DNA from: Felis catus | Lineage: Eukaryota | Direction of reading: 5' to 3' | DNA length: 64,000 nt | Assembly (NCBI RefSeq): GCF_018350175.1 | Contig: NC_058368.1 | Span: 108,378,001-108,442,000, forward strand | Shown: positions 1 through 11,637 of the stretch, one piece after another | Layout: each line of letters begins with the position of its first letter | Numbering within the stretch: position 1 is the stretch's first letter | Position numbers and translations under genes: made by a program | Notes under the pieces: generated by a model | Seen by the model: the letters and a program-made list of their open reading frames with translations, nothing else | Databases searched by the model: none | Told to the model about the DNA's origin: nothing

Positions 1-740
1 ATTCCACAGACCAGGAAGGTGAATTCTCAGTGACTCAAGGAACATCAACTTCCTGAAAAAAATCCACACACACTCAACTAAGAGAAGAACTGAAACGTGA
101 AGAAAAAGCTAAGACAACAATGAGGTAAATGAATGGTATCCATAAAAGGAAAACAAGTTATTAAACAAGGGTGGTTGTGAAAAATCATCAGTGGAGATTT
201 CATAAATGATTACTACAATTAGAAATTTAAAAGATGAAGAGCAGAACAGCAACTGGTCACAAGTGGAGAATCAGTGAGCTAGAAGATCAGACTGAAAATG
301 CATGGAGTGAAAATAAAGTATGAAACAAATGTTTAGAGATATTTTGGACAGATCCAGAGTTCTAACATCTGGAGCAATAAGACGAGAACTGCAGTTTTCA
401 AAAAATAAATTTCCCATAAATGAATACCCAGAGGAATCTTCAGCTTGAGAGAGACTTCCAGGTACCAAGAAAACAAAACAAAAATTACAACAATCCATAG
501 TAAAACTTCACGGCATAAAGGATAAAAATAAAATCCAAAGAAAAACACAACTAACCACAAACAACAAGAAAAACAGATTGCTTGACAAAGGAATAAGAAT
601 TAAAAGGAGTCCAGACTTCTCATCACTAACACTGGATGCCAAAAGACAAGGCATTAACTTTTTCAAAGTGCTAAAAAGAAAAGACTTTAGATTTATTATT
701 TTATATAATAAACAATTATTTTATAAATATAAAGTAAGGC
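1..740 (+). mobile_element. Old L1/HAL1 ORF1-like fragment
   Basis: A-rich decayed ORF1-like sequence, e.g. ...ccagacttctcatcactaacactggatgcc...ttcaaagtgctaaaaagaa... Confidence 0.55.
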
Positions 741-2516
741 ATTTTGAACATTTAAGTTCATCTACTCCCCTTTCTCCTTTCTCTTGCTGCTAGAACCACT
801 TATTCTGTTAAGAACATAAAAGAACTCAGAAGTAATGAAATCCAAGTAGTAGGGTGGGCAAAATACATGAATTAATAAATAAAAATCAGTAGGATGTACT
901 GGAAAATCAAAAGTACCAAGTATGAAAAATTAATCACAGGTTTAATGTGTTTAATCACAATCCAGAGTTAAAATTCCATCAGGAATAACATGAAAGATGG
1001 GGGAGGGGAAAAGGAGACATGTACTCTTTTATAAATACTTAATTTACATAGTCAAGTACTAATCACAGAATCCTGCTCAGATGGTATTTGCTGGCATCGA
1101 ATCAAACCTTAAAATCTGATTTTTTTTAAATCCCCTTTGGCTCTTCTACACTTGTTAAATCTTAAAAGTTGATTACCAGTACCACCAAGGTCTATTTTTT
1201 GTTGTTATTCTAAAAAAAACAACCCCTATATCTCATTCTTGATTTTCCTTAAAGCTTATTCATTTGGTCTCATCCATTTCCCTTCTGTATGTTTTAAACC
1301 TCAGTAGTGTCGCCATCAAGCATCCACAAAGCATGGACCCCACAGGTGGCATTTGTACTACAGAGGCCACCCTTGTCTTACCAGATAGTACAAATGAAGT
1401 GTATACCTATGTTTCTTTCCATCTCTTTACATTTCAATCAGTTGTTTGATAATGAATGTCAATGTCTTTCCAGAAACTGCATTTAAGAAAGATAGGCAGT
1501 GAGCCATCTTTCAGATAAAACTGTATACTACGACGACGCTATCCTAGTATTTCTCCCTTAGTCACCATCAGTAGGACAACCTTTAAACAAAGACATGATT
1601 TCATCCTAGGAAATGCCTCTATTGTGCCTGTCTCTATTCAACAAAACCATAAGGAAATCTTAACAGAGTCAATTAAAATGTTACTAACACATTTAGTTTT
1701 TATAAGACAAAACTAAAAATTCATACTACTCTGTTTTTGTTTTGAAATTTACATAACAGGAAAGAGAACTTGAGTGGCATCAGATTCCAGATCTATATAA
1801 ACAGCCAATATAAACAATGCAATTTATTAAATTACACTGTATATTTTCCTAAAACCTAGCATGTCCTTTTGTGTAGCATTCTGCTTTACTGTGAGTTAAT
1901 GTTTGCTTTAAAAAAAATGACAAATATAACAGATGCTATCTTAATGTCTCAAGCTACTAATAGTTCACTTACTACTATTTTTAAAATGCTTAAGAACACT
2001 ATAAAAAATTTTCATATAGTTCCTTTTAATAATAATTTTCTTCATATTCCACTGGTTAAGAATTACCCTGTCTTCCTAAAATTTCTGTGTGATAAAAATT
2101 TGTATAGCATAAGCTAGAGATTAGACTAACATAGCTATGTACCTCAACCACTTAAAATGAGGCAATACAATGCCACCAACTTAAAGAGTACACTCACAGA
2201 AAAGTACAGAAATAGCTATAACCAAATGATTCAGTCTGAAGACAGTACACCTCAAATGCATTACATTTTAAGTCTACAGATTATTAAGAAGGTTTTTTCA
2301 TATCCTCTTAGAGGTACATTAGGACACTTTAGAGATTCCTTTAAATTGGAAAACAAAATGGCCATGAGATTTAGCTTTTAAGACTGCTTTGTAATTCTTA
2401 TTTTTACAGTTTAGAAAATGTAACAGCACAATAAGGCTCATTTACAATTCAAAATAGAATTTAAATTTAATAACTAGATTATATCAATCTCTAAGAAAAT
2501 AATACACATTACTTAC

Positions 2517-2570
2517 TTTGGAGGCCCATGGCTGAAGACAATTGGCATAACAGCGAACAAGAAAAGCCAT
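2517..2570 (-). CDS. RAPGEF6: Putative alternative first coding exon (or cassette) of RAPGEF6: MAFLVRCYANCLQPWASK
   Basis: GAAATGG Kozak context, 18 open codons, then AAA|GTAAGT (2511-2516) in phase 0, the same phase as the end of exon 6. It resembles an alternative N-terminus I recall for the paralog RAPGEF2 (unverified). Confidence 0.75.
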
Positions 2571-5500
2571 TTCCTGGGCTGGAAAGGGTAGTTTCCTTTT
2601 CAAACCAGAGCCACACGGATGAGTATGATGACAAAATTCTGTTAAGTTTCTTTTTACAAATCATACGCCATTTGCAGTGTTATATAAAGGCAGATCCCAG
2701 ATCTCCAAATCCCTTTCACACTGAAATTAGGAGCTTTCAGTAGCTCAGAGTATTGTTCTAAATAACTGCAACAGTTTTCATCACAAGGTTCACTTTTAAC
2801 AAGCAAATCACAGCAAATTAAGATGTTTACATTTCTGGCTCAGTACATACAGACATACACATGCTTCCTCAGGCACCTGGCACAGACATGCACAGCGGTA
2901 ACACAACAGTTAATACGGTATCAATCAACGCAAATAAGGCAACATGCACCAAATCTGTGTTCCTGGATCCTGAGAAACCTTTCCTCTCTGTAACACAGCT
3001 TTGTCTCTTCTTCAACTTATTTCATTCTGTAGAGCAAGCACTGCAGTATTTCTTCTGCATCAGAAGCAAACCAGAACACTGTATCCTTAAAATGAAAGTT
3101 TCTTCTTGATATTCTTAATCACCAAAGGTTTAAAAAAAGAAAAATCAACCGTTGAGCAAGCAAATGGTACTTAAAAGATAGATATGCTCTAACAGGTTTG
3201 TCCTGGAGAATGCCTGAAAATCTCCAAAATTAAAATGTTCTCTTTTCACATGCACTATTTACAGCTCAGCAGTATTGCTTCTTGTTCTAATGCATCAGTA
3301 AGACAGTAATGTTGATCTAACTCTGGCTTTTCTGGTTGAAAATTTATATAGGATATGATACAAAAACCCTACATCTTCTGCTAAAACAAGACTATATGTT
3401 AGTGTTTTAATTCCTACTGTCCTTGCCTGTTTCACAGCAGCTCCCTAAGGAGAAGCTCCTATTGATTCCATGCTCTGCAGTAAGATGAAATATCTAATAA
3501 GAAGGAAAGAGAGTGGGAGGAGAATAGAGCTAAAAGGATGACATCACCTGTATAGAAAGCCTTCAGAAACTGCATTAGATCAATTGGCTACTGTATCTGC
3601 AGATGTAGCCCAAAAAGCAATTTACTGAGAACACACAGACACACACACACCCTTCCATGAGACACGTCAGCAAGCTAAATTCTATAAGAAAAAAAAAAAT
3701 TGGCAAGCAGCACCTCTCTATTTCAGTTTTAAAAAATCCATCTTGATTTTTAATTCTGTACATTGATACACAGCTTTATTTGGGAAGCAGATTTCCTAAT
3801 ATTATTATTCAAATTTAGCACAGGATTGTCCTCCCAAGGGAAAATAATTAGCTCTGGTAAGATACTTGCATTACAAATACATAAGGCAGCTCAGTTCTCA
3901 GATATCACACATGTATTTGTTACACTACTCATTCAGGGATTTCTGCCTGCAAAACTTCCCATTTATCAATTAACTGTTCTAAAACGTATAACCTTCAAGA
4001 TACTCTAAATTAACATCAAATATCAAAACTAGCACTAAGGTTTTCTGTAATTAGTACATTTAAGTGGAAACAATAGAATTGCATTTTGCAAAGGAAAGCT
4101 TTTACATCACAGGCACAACAGCCGACTTGCAGCATGTACCAACTCCTCTGAGGAAGAATAATCTATGCAATATGGTACTTTCCTGCAGCCCAATGCTCAA
4201 TTCCTAGAAAGACACAGGAAGCCAGTAAAACTCAGAAGCATAAGAGAAGAATGAAATTATAACTGCTTAAAAAATTGAGCTTGGACGGAAAATTAACCTC
4301 ATTTTGCTATAAAAATTACAGAAAAAAAATTTTTGCCACACCCTGTCCAATCTAAAAACACAATTCCTCTAGTACCCACCCTTACTCTTCACAGTTCTGC
4401 CACAAGGCATCTATTGCAGATACTCCTATGAGGAGCTTGCACTTAAGGTGGTAATGTTGCCTCCCAATGGCGAAAAAAAGACACAGTTTCCAACGGTAAA
4501 ATGCTTGGTACACCTTCAGACAATAAAATTCTGAGACTTACAACTGATGAACAAAGCAGAGGAGTACAATTATTTTGCTTTATTAACTTAACACTATTAT
4601 GAAGACAAGGGGTATGCAACGTAAGAGAAGAAATTATAACCTGAGAGATAGGTGTTACTACAAAGGACTCCACTGTCAAAGAAACATCTTGTCATTAGCA
4701 CACATCCCCCCATACCCCAAAAAAGAGGTCTTCAATACCTCTGGGCAAAGTATGAGTCACTTTCTCAACAATACAATGCTGCCAATCTGAATTATGCTGT
4801 TACTTACAAAACTACAATTAACTTTAGTAAAGCTAAATATTATTCTGAACAAAGACAACTCATGCTTTCAAAATATGTGATCACTTATGAATCAAGATTT
4901 CTATAAAACTTAAGAATTATGTTTTCTGCAAAAATTTCAAAGGAATACATGTAAAAATTTTGCGTTTAAATGTAAAATTAAATTTCAAAAGTACAAATGA
5001 GCATGAGTAGCTTTCTAAACATAAAACATGGAAAATATATAGAGGCTGATTTTCAAACACCAATGTATTTTTTTCAATTATTTTAAACAAACTACAATGA
5101 GTTGGGAGTTTCACCATAATGTTAAGCATTCAAGAATAAATTAGCTAAAATCTAATTTTAATCACTCATTTTTTAAAACAGAAAAATGACAGCAGTCACT
5201 GTATGTAAATGAAGCCCAACAATTCCTAAAGATAAATTTCTAAAAGACAAGCCTTTGTACATAAACATCTGTAACATGACTTAAAAGAGTATTTCAGTTT
5301 CAGTGGGAGATAATAATTACATTCATGTACAGTACCAACAGGATAAATTATTACCAAATCAAAAATAAAATCATAATGGTCACGTTTCCCCCTTTTTATA
5401 ATAAATCATGCTGATAGCACACAAAGAAGGACCTCAAGCTGAGCAAGGGAGAGCTATCTCTTAGCTGCTTAAAGAAACTGCTGCCCTGTGTGTGAAATGC

Positions 5501-7514
5501 AATCCACTAAAAGCCATATGTTAGAAACTACTATTGTAAACACCAATTCAATAAAGCAACAATTCTCTTTTCCTTCAGTGTGGCCTGGAAGTGAAGATGA
5601 CATCACCCTTTTCCTTGTTCTACACATCATCTCATACTATGTGCCCTTCTAGGGAACCCTATGGCGAATCGTGCGTGCAGACTCTCCCTGTGCAACAATA
5701 CCATGAAAGAAACAAATAGGCCAAGTCCTATATTCAGCTATGAATCCACCAGCACTCTGATGGTACACCAGACCACATTACTTCTTCAGAAAGAACAACA
5801 TGACCTCTTAATTAATGAAGGAAGAAATAAACATCTTTTGAAGAGAATAGTCAGTAATTTGTCAAATCACTAAAAATATGATCAGGTGAAAGAACATTTT
5901 TTTCACTTCCATCATTTTTAGAATTTTATTGTGATCTCATTCCATTATCTTACCATTTCAAATGAAGTAATTGCAGCAAGGAGAATGCCCTGATCTACAC
6001 ATTATCTAGGGATCATCACCACAGGATAGCCATTTAAGAATACATTTCCCCTGTACATCAAACGCCATAATGCTAAGCCACATAAGATGAAATCTTTAGC
6101 TTCAGGAGGATCCTCTGCACCACCATAAAATAAAGCAATCAACCTATATTGGCTTTGAAAGCTTCAAAGCATTACAAAGTTATTTTTATAAAAATCTAGA
6201 TGCTATACAGCTAAGATATAAAATGTATGTTAACTGTATAAACTATATCTAAACAAAAATACAAACCAAAACATCTGAACTCATATTGCATAGAAAGCCA
6301 AAATGAAGTTCTGATAGATGCTAAACTAGAAGTATACTTTGTACTTAATAAGCAACAACACTGAAAAGCAGGAGAAAAAAGGTCATTAGGGATAAAGGTA
6401 AGTTATCAGAGAATATACATTCCAGACATAAAAACAAAAAAACAACAATAAGAAAAACCAGGTCATAGTAATGTCAGGCAGTCATACCGTTTATTTCCCA
6501 TCTGCACATTGAAATACTGCAATCACAACTTAAGAGAAACCGATCTCAAAAGCATGTGAACAAAAGAAAAATTATGGAGTTTCACAAAATAAAATAAACA
6601 GGCCACTCATTTCTGTATTTCAGTTTTATGTATTTGGTCTTCAAAATATAAACTGCTAAATGTATGGATTTATATAGTAAAAACACTTTAACCCTTTTGG
6701 AAGATGAATGACCGTTTACCGTAATGGCAGAGGTAACATACAAGCCCCTTTAAAAGATCACAGCAAGCTTTCCCACCTCTTCCTCATCCCTTGCTTAACT
6801 TGAACATTTGAAATGAATCTTCATTAAGTTACCAGACATAGTTAACTCTGATTACTGGTGCCCCTCAGGAATTCCTGATTTCAAATTGCATTCTATCTAT
6901 TCGTCAGCCTTTCTGAAAATAGGGAAGCCAGAGTATCAACACTCTCCTCCTATTCTTTTGTAAGAAAAGTGTGCTTCAGCACACGATCATCTATGTCCAC
7001 TAAATGGTCAGCACCATGCTGTTGAAAACTCTGTTAAAGCTACCAGCAGGACACATAAGCACTATGAAATATGATCCTTCCTTAGGGAGTGATCAAGGAA
7101 GAAAAAGCAAAGGAGAGGGAAGCCTTCATCACCAACTAAGGTGATGTAAGCTTCTATAATTAGAATCAGTGAAACTGAAGGAACAATAAAAAGGCACACC
7201 ACACTTCCACTTTCCCCTACACTGTGCAGTTATATGAAGCATTTTTCACTCATTCAATCACCTACACACACATGCAAATAAATACATTCTATGTGTAAAC
7301 AGTCAAATGTGCTATACACTATATGCAAAGCTAATGTAAAGTTTTAAAATACTGTATTTTCTTTAAAAATGAGGTCTACCCATAATTAAAATAGAGCTAT
7401 ATATAAAGATAAGTGGAAAAATAAATCTCATTTAAAAGATTAAACTATTGAGAATATTCTCTCCATCTGAAGATTCGTGGATTATATTTGAGACCACCTT
7501 TAAATCACTTCTCT

Positions 7515-7702
7515 ATTTTTTTTTTTTTTTTTTTGAGAGTGAAAGAACAAGTGGTAGAGGGTCAGAGAGACAGAATCCCAAGCAGGCTCCGCACTGTCAG
7601 TGCAAAGCCCAATGTGGGAATCCAATTCCTGAACCATGAGATCATGACCTGAGACAAAATCAAGAGTTGGGTCACTTAACTGACTGAGCACCCAGGCGCC
7701 CC
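7515..7702 (-). mobile_element. CanSINE
   Basis: Poly-T, GA tract and ...cccaggcgcccc head; TSD tcacttctcta. Confidence 0.88.
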
Positions 7703-7922
7703 TCACTTCTCTAATTTTAAATAATGCATTTTCTAGTACTATAAAAGCCAAATGCTGAACAAAGCATAGTTTCTGAACAGATAACAAATCAAACTAAAAA
7801 GCAATAAAAATCAGCATTAATGTGTTTGCTATGTCTCAGTAGTTATAATTCTTCCAACCCAAATGTTCTTGAAAATCATTACCTTGGGCCTCTGGTATAT
7901 ATTAATATCAGAGTTGCTTCAA

Positions 7923-8132
7923 TTTTTTTTTTTTAACGTTTTATTTATTTTTGAGACAGAGAGAGACAGAGCATGAACTGGGGAGGGGCAGAGAAAGAGG
8001 GAGACACAGAATTGGAAGCAGGCTCCAGGCTCAGCCATCAGCCCAGAGCCCGACGCGGGGCTCGAACTCACCGCGAGATCGTGACTTGAGCTGAAGTCGG
8101 ACACTTAACCCACTGAGCCACCCAGGCGCCCC
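7923..8132 (-). mobile_element. Young CanSINE (SINEC_Fc-type)
   Basis: Near-consensus with CpGs retained; TSD tatcagagttgcttcaa on both sides. Confidence 0.92.
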
Positions 8133-8994
8133 GTATCAGAGTTGCTTCAAACAATCTTCAGAAGAGGTTTCATTAGCAGCTACTGCATAAAGTTTCAAGT
8201 AAGTTAACAACAATTTTCCAATTCTGGTTCCCTGAGCAGATCCATATGAATGAGTGTCACCTTAAAAGACAAAGGAGACCAAAAGAGCACACCCTGCACT
8301 CCTTGAGCTCCCAACATTCCTGAAGTTCATAAAAAAGTGACTGATCAAGACAATTTCTTAAAACGACCATTTAGAAGTTAGCAATACTTATGTAGAGCCT
8401 TAAAAATAATTTTTATATCCTTAATCCAGTAATTTAACTTCTACTAATCAACCCTAAGAAAAAAAAATCCAAGTCCAGTTAACTCATACACGTTGTTTGT
8501 AATAGGGAGAAAAAGTAGAAGCTGCATGGGAATCCTATGTTACACTCGTATGATATAATATTAATATTATATGTTTTGGGAAAAAATTGCATGTGTAGTA
8601 GAAAGGTAGGAGATATAAAAATTCAGCACTATCTAAATTAGAAGATCTGAATTAATCAAGATATATTTAAAAATCGTTAGCAACACTAGCTATCTCTGGT
8701 TTCAGGATTACAGCAAGTTTCTCTCTTAATGTTCTTGCATGTTTTTACATTTCTACAATGAGCATTTTTTCTTCAGAATTTTTTTTTAAACTGCTCCAGG
8801 CAGGCATCTGTCCTTAGTTCGATTACAGTATCACCCCTTTGCTTTTTCTCTGTCCATTGGTGGACTCATCACCCTCTAACTAGGTACAAGAACTTCCTGT
8901 CAAGAATTCCACATTATTTCTCAGGAGGCAAATGGGAAGAATTTTCCTACTTGGAGATGTTATACACTCATGAATTGAGAGGACAGTCCTCTTC

Positions 8995-9262
8995 TGTAAT
9001 GAAGGTGCAAAGCACCACCACTATAAAAGCACTCTGGAGCCTTTATAAAAGAGGCCTAACAAAGCTACCTAGCCCTTTCCATCATGTGAGCAGACAGTGA
9101 GAGGTCAGAGTCTGTAAGCTGAGAGGCTTTCACCAGAACCCAAACATGCCTGCACCCTCATCTTAAAATTTCGACCTCTAGACCTGTGAAAAATAAATTT
9201 GTGTTATTTATAAACCACTCAGTCTGTGGCATTTTGTTACAGCGGCCTGAATGGACTAAGAC
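8995..9262 (+). mobile_element. MaLR LTR (MLT1A-like), internally deleted
   Basis: Typical MLT1 3' end: aataaatttgtgttatttataaaccactcagtctgtggcattttgttacagc...gactaagaca. Near-TSD tcttc/tcctc. Confidence 0.75.
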
Positions 9263-10689
9263 ATCCTCCATAAGGAGATTTCAGGAATCATATGTGTGGA
9301 CCAAAGTCCTCTAATTTCTGATGAGCTTTCAGGGGGCAGGATCTCATTTCTTACCACAGGAATGGCTTGATAAATAAAACACTCACAGTCTCTACCAAAG
9401 CAGAACACATTTTGCTAAAAAACTTAAGATGTCACATTCATGGACCAGTACAAGAATAGAGCCATTATTCAGGATACCAACATAAAGGTGGTTACATGAT
9501 CTGATCCTAATAATCACCTCCTATTCAGGTGTACTGACAATTATGTCTTAATCTTGCTAAATATGCTCTGAATCCAAACTCAACAGTCTGCACCGCACCG
9601 CAGGAGAGCAGGAAATTTAAGATGAAATCAAAGAGGGTGCAGAAGAGGAAGAGCTGCATGCCTCATTATAATTTGTGCACCTAAAATCAGATTCTAGAGT
9701 ATCGTACCATACCTACCACCTGCATACGTTCCTAGAACAATGAACTGTAGAAAGAAAATCTATAAAGGTGACCAAAAGGAAGCCCTCTAAATTTAAAACC
9801 ATGACCCATGATGCTTCCATGGAAATCCCTCTTTCCATGTGTCTTTTTGCCAACAGTTTAATGGTTCCACTTAAATGCAGGTGCCATGATGGAGAAAGAG
9901 AAAAGCATGACCAGTGGCTTATCCTGTGCCTGAGAATGTAAAAAGCAACATAGGGGACAAGAAAGAAAAAAATGTAGTCTACTGAGGAACGTGGGACCTA
10001 GTTAAGAGAAGATAACAAGCACACCAAACAACCATACTGTTCCTTATTCAAAAATATAGCAGGAGCAAGGAGAAATCAATAAAAAGGGCTCTAATTTCAT
10101 AAATGAAGTACCAAAACACCAAGATTTTTTTAAACCTTTGAAGAATGTCCCTATTTACATTTCAGTTATTGATGTTTTCACAAAAATGAGCATGAATGTT
10201 CTCTGGTATTCTGGGAATTCATTTCAAGTTAACTAAAGGCATACTTGGTGCTTGACTTTGGTGAAACCAAGATACTTCCCCCTTACTGATCCTGCTTTAA
10301 TTTTACCATTTAACTTCACATATATACACCAGTATTAAAAATTCAACTCATTACATTTGAAAAATTTTCACCACTGATGGCAATTAAAACACAGCAATCA
10401 ACTTTACGTAAAAAAAATACAGACATGCAGGAAATTCTTAAATAAGTTGTTTACTCTGTTTTCTGGAAGGCACAGTAGGATACCATTCTGGACAAAAGGA
10501 GGAAATGTTAAAATTCAAACTGCTTCATCAAAGGACAGAATTACCTTAGGTAAAGAATGCTCTAAGAACAGGGAGAGAGAAAAACAGGACCAAAGGAAAG
10601 GACCTCCAACAAAATAATGATGCTAGAAAGCTAAAAAAATAAACTAGTGCCAAGTGAGGAAGACATTTAAAAACCAACTAATCTCAAAC

Positions 10690-10900
10690 TTTTTATTTTT
10701 TTTAAAGTTTATTCATTTTGAGAGAAACAGCACATGCAAGCAGGGAAGAGGTACAGAGACAGGGAGAGAGAGAATCCCAAGCACACTCCACGCTGTCAGC
10801 ACAGAGCCCCACGAGGGGCATGATCCCACAAACCACAAGATCATGATGCAATCAAAACCAAGAGTCAGATGCTTAACCATCTGAGCCACCCAGGCACCCC
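10690..10900 (-). mobile_element. CanSINE
   Basis: Ends ...gagccacccaggcacccc; the tail is at the left. Confidence 0.85.
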
Positions 10901-11435
10901 TCGAAAATATTTTGTGTTCATTATGAAATAGACACAAAACTTGCCAGAAATTTAAAAGGATAATACTACATATAAATAAAAACTATTTTCTTCCCATGTC
11001 CGAGGACTGTTTTGCAATTTACATTTTAAGACACTTGAACTAAACTACTGGCTTTGCTAACTACTATCACAAAGAAGCCCTTCAAATCAGTAATCCCAAA
11101 ACCAGTGATCAGTTTTTGGCAGACATCTCCTGTTGTCATTTAATTGGACTCTAGCTACTTACTGTATACAGAAAAGCACACTTTCAGTGACTTTCATATA
11201 CATTGAGTAACCACTTTACCCCTTAAGGTTGGACAAAGAAATTACCTTGTTTGAAGTGAGCTACTATGAATACACACTACAAAAATAATTTGGGTGCGGT
11301 GAGGACAGCGGCAGTTGGCTGACTATTGGTTGTCCTAACCTCAAGCCAGCTTGATTTTCTTTTTCCTTTCCCTTTGCTCTAATTCTTTAGCTTGTTTTTG
11401 ATTATATTAACATATTTAAATATCTTTTCAATAAC

Positions 11436-11637
11436 TTTTTTTTAAGTTTATTTATTTATTTTGAGAGTGAGCGAGTAGGTGAGAGACAGAGATAGGGAGA
11501 GAGAGAGAATCCTAAGCAAGCTTCACACTGTCAGCACCAGAGCTGGATGCAGGGCTCAACCTCATGAATTGTGAGATGGAGACCTGAGCTGAAACTGAGA
11601 GCCGAATGCTTAACTGACTGAGCCACCCAGGCTCCCC
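11436..11637 (-). mobile_element. CanSINE
   Basis: tttatttattttgagag...ctgagccacccaggctcccc. Confidence 0.85.

Noticed and set aside
4381..4410. ATG...A|GTAAGG mini-exon (MPCGRTVK)
   Set aside because: It ends in phase 1 and has a weak Kozak context, so it cannot join phase-0 exon 7 as coding sequence. At most it could be a non-coding exon.
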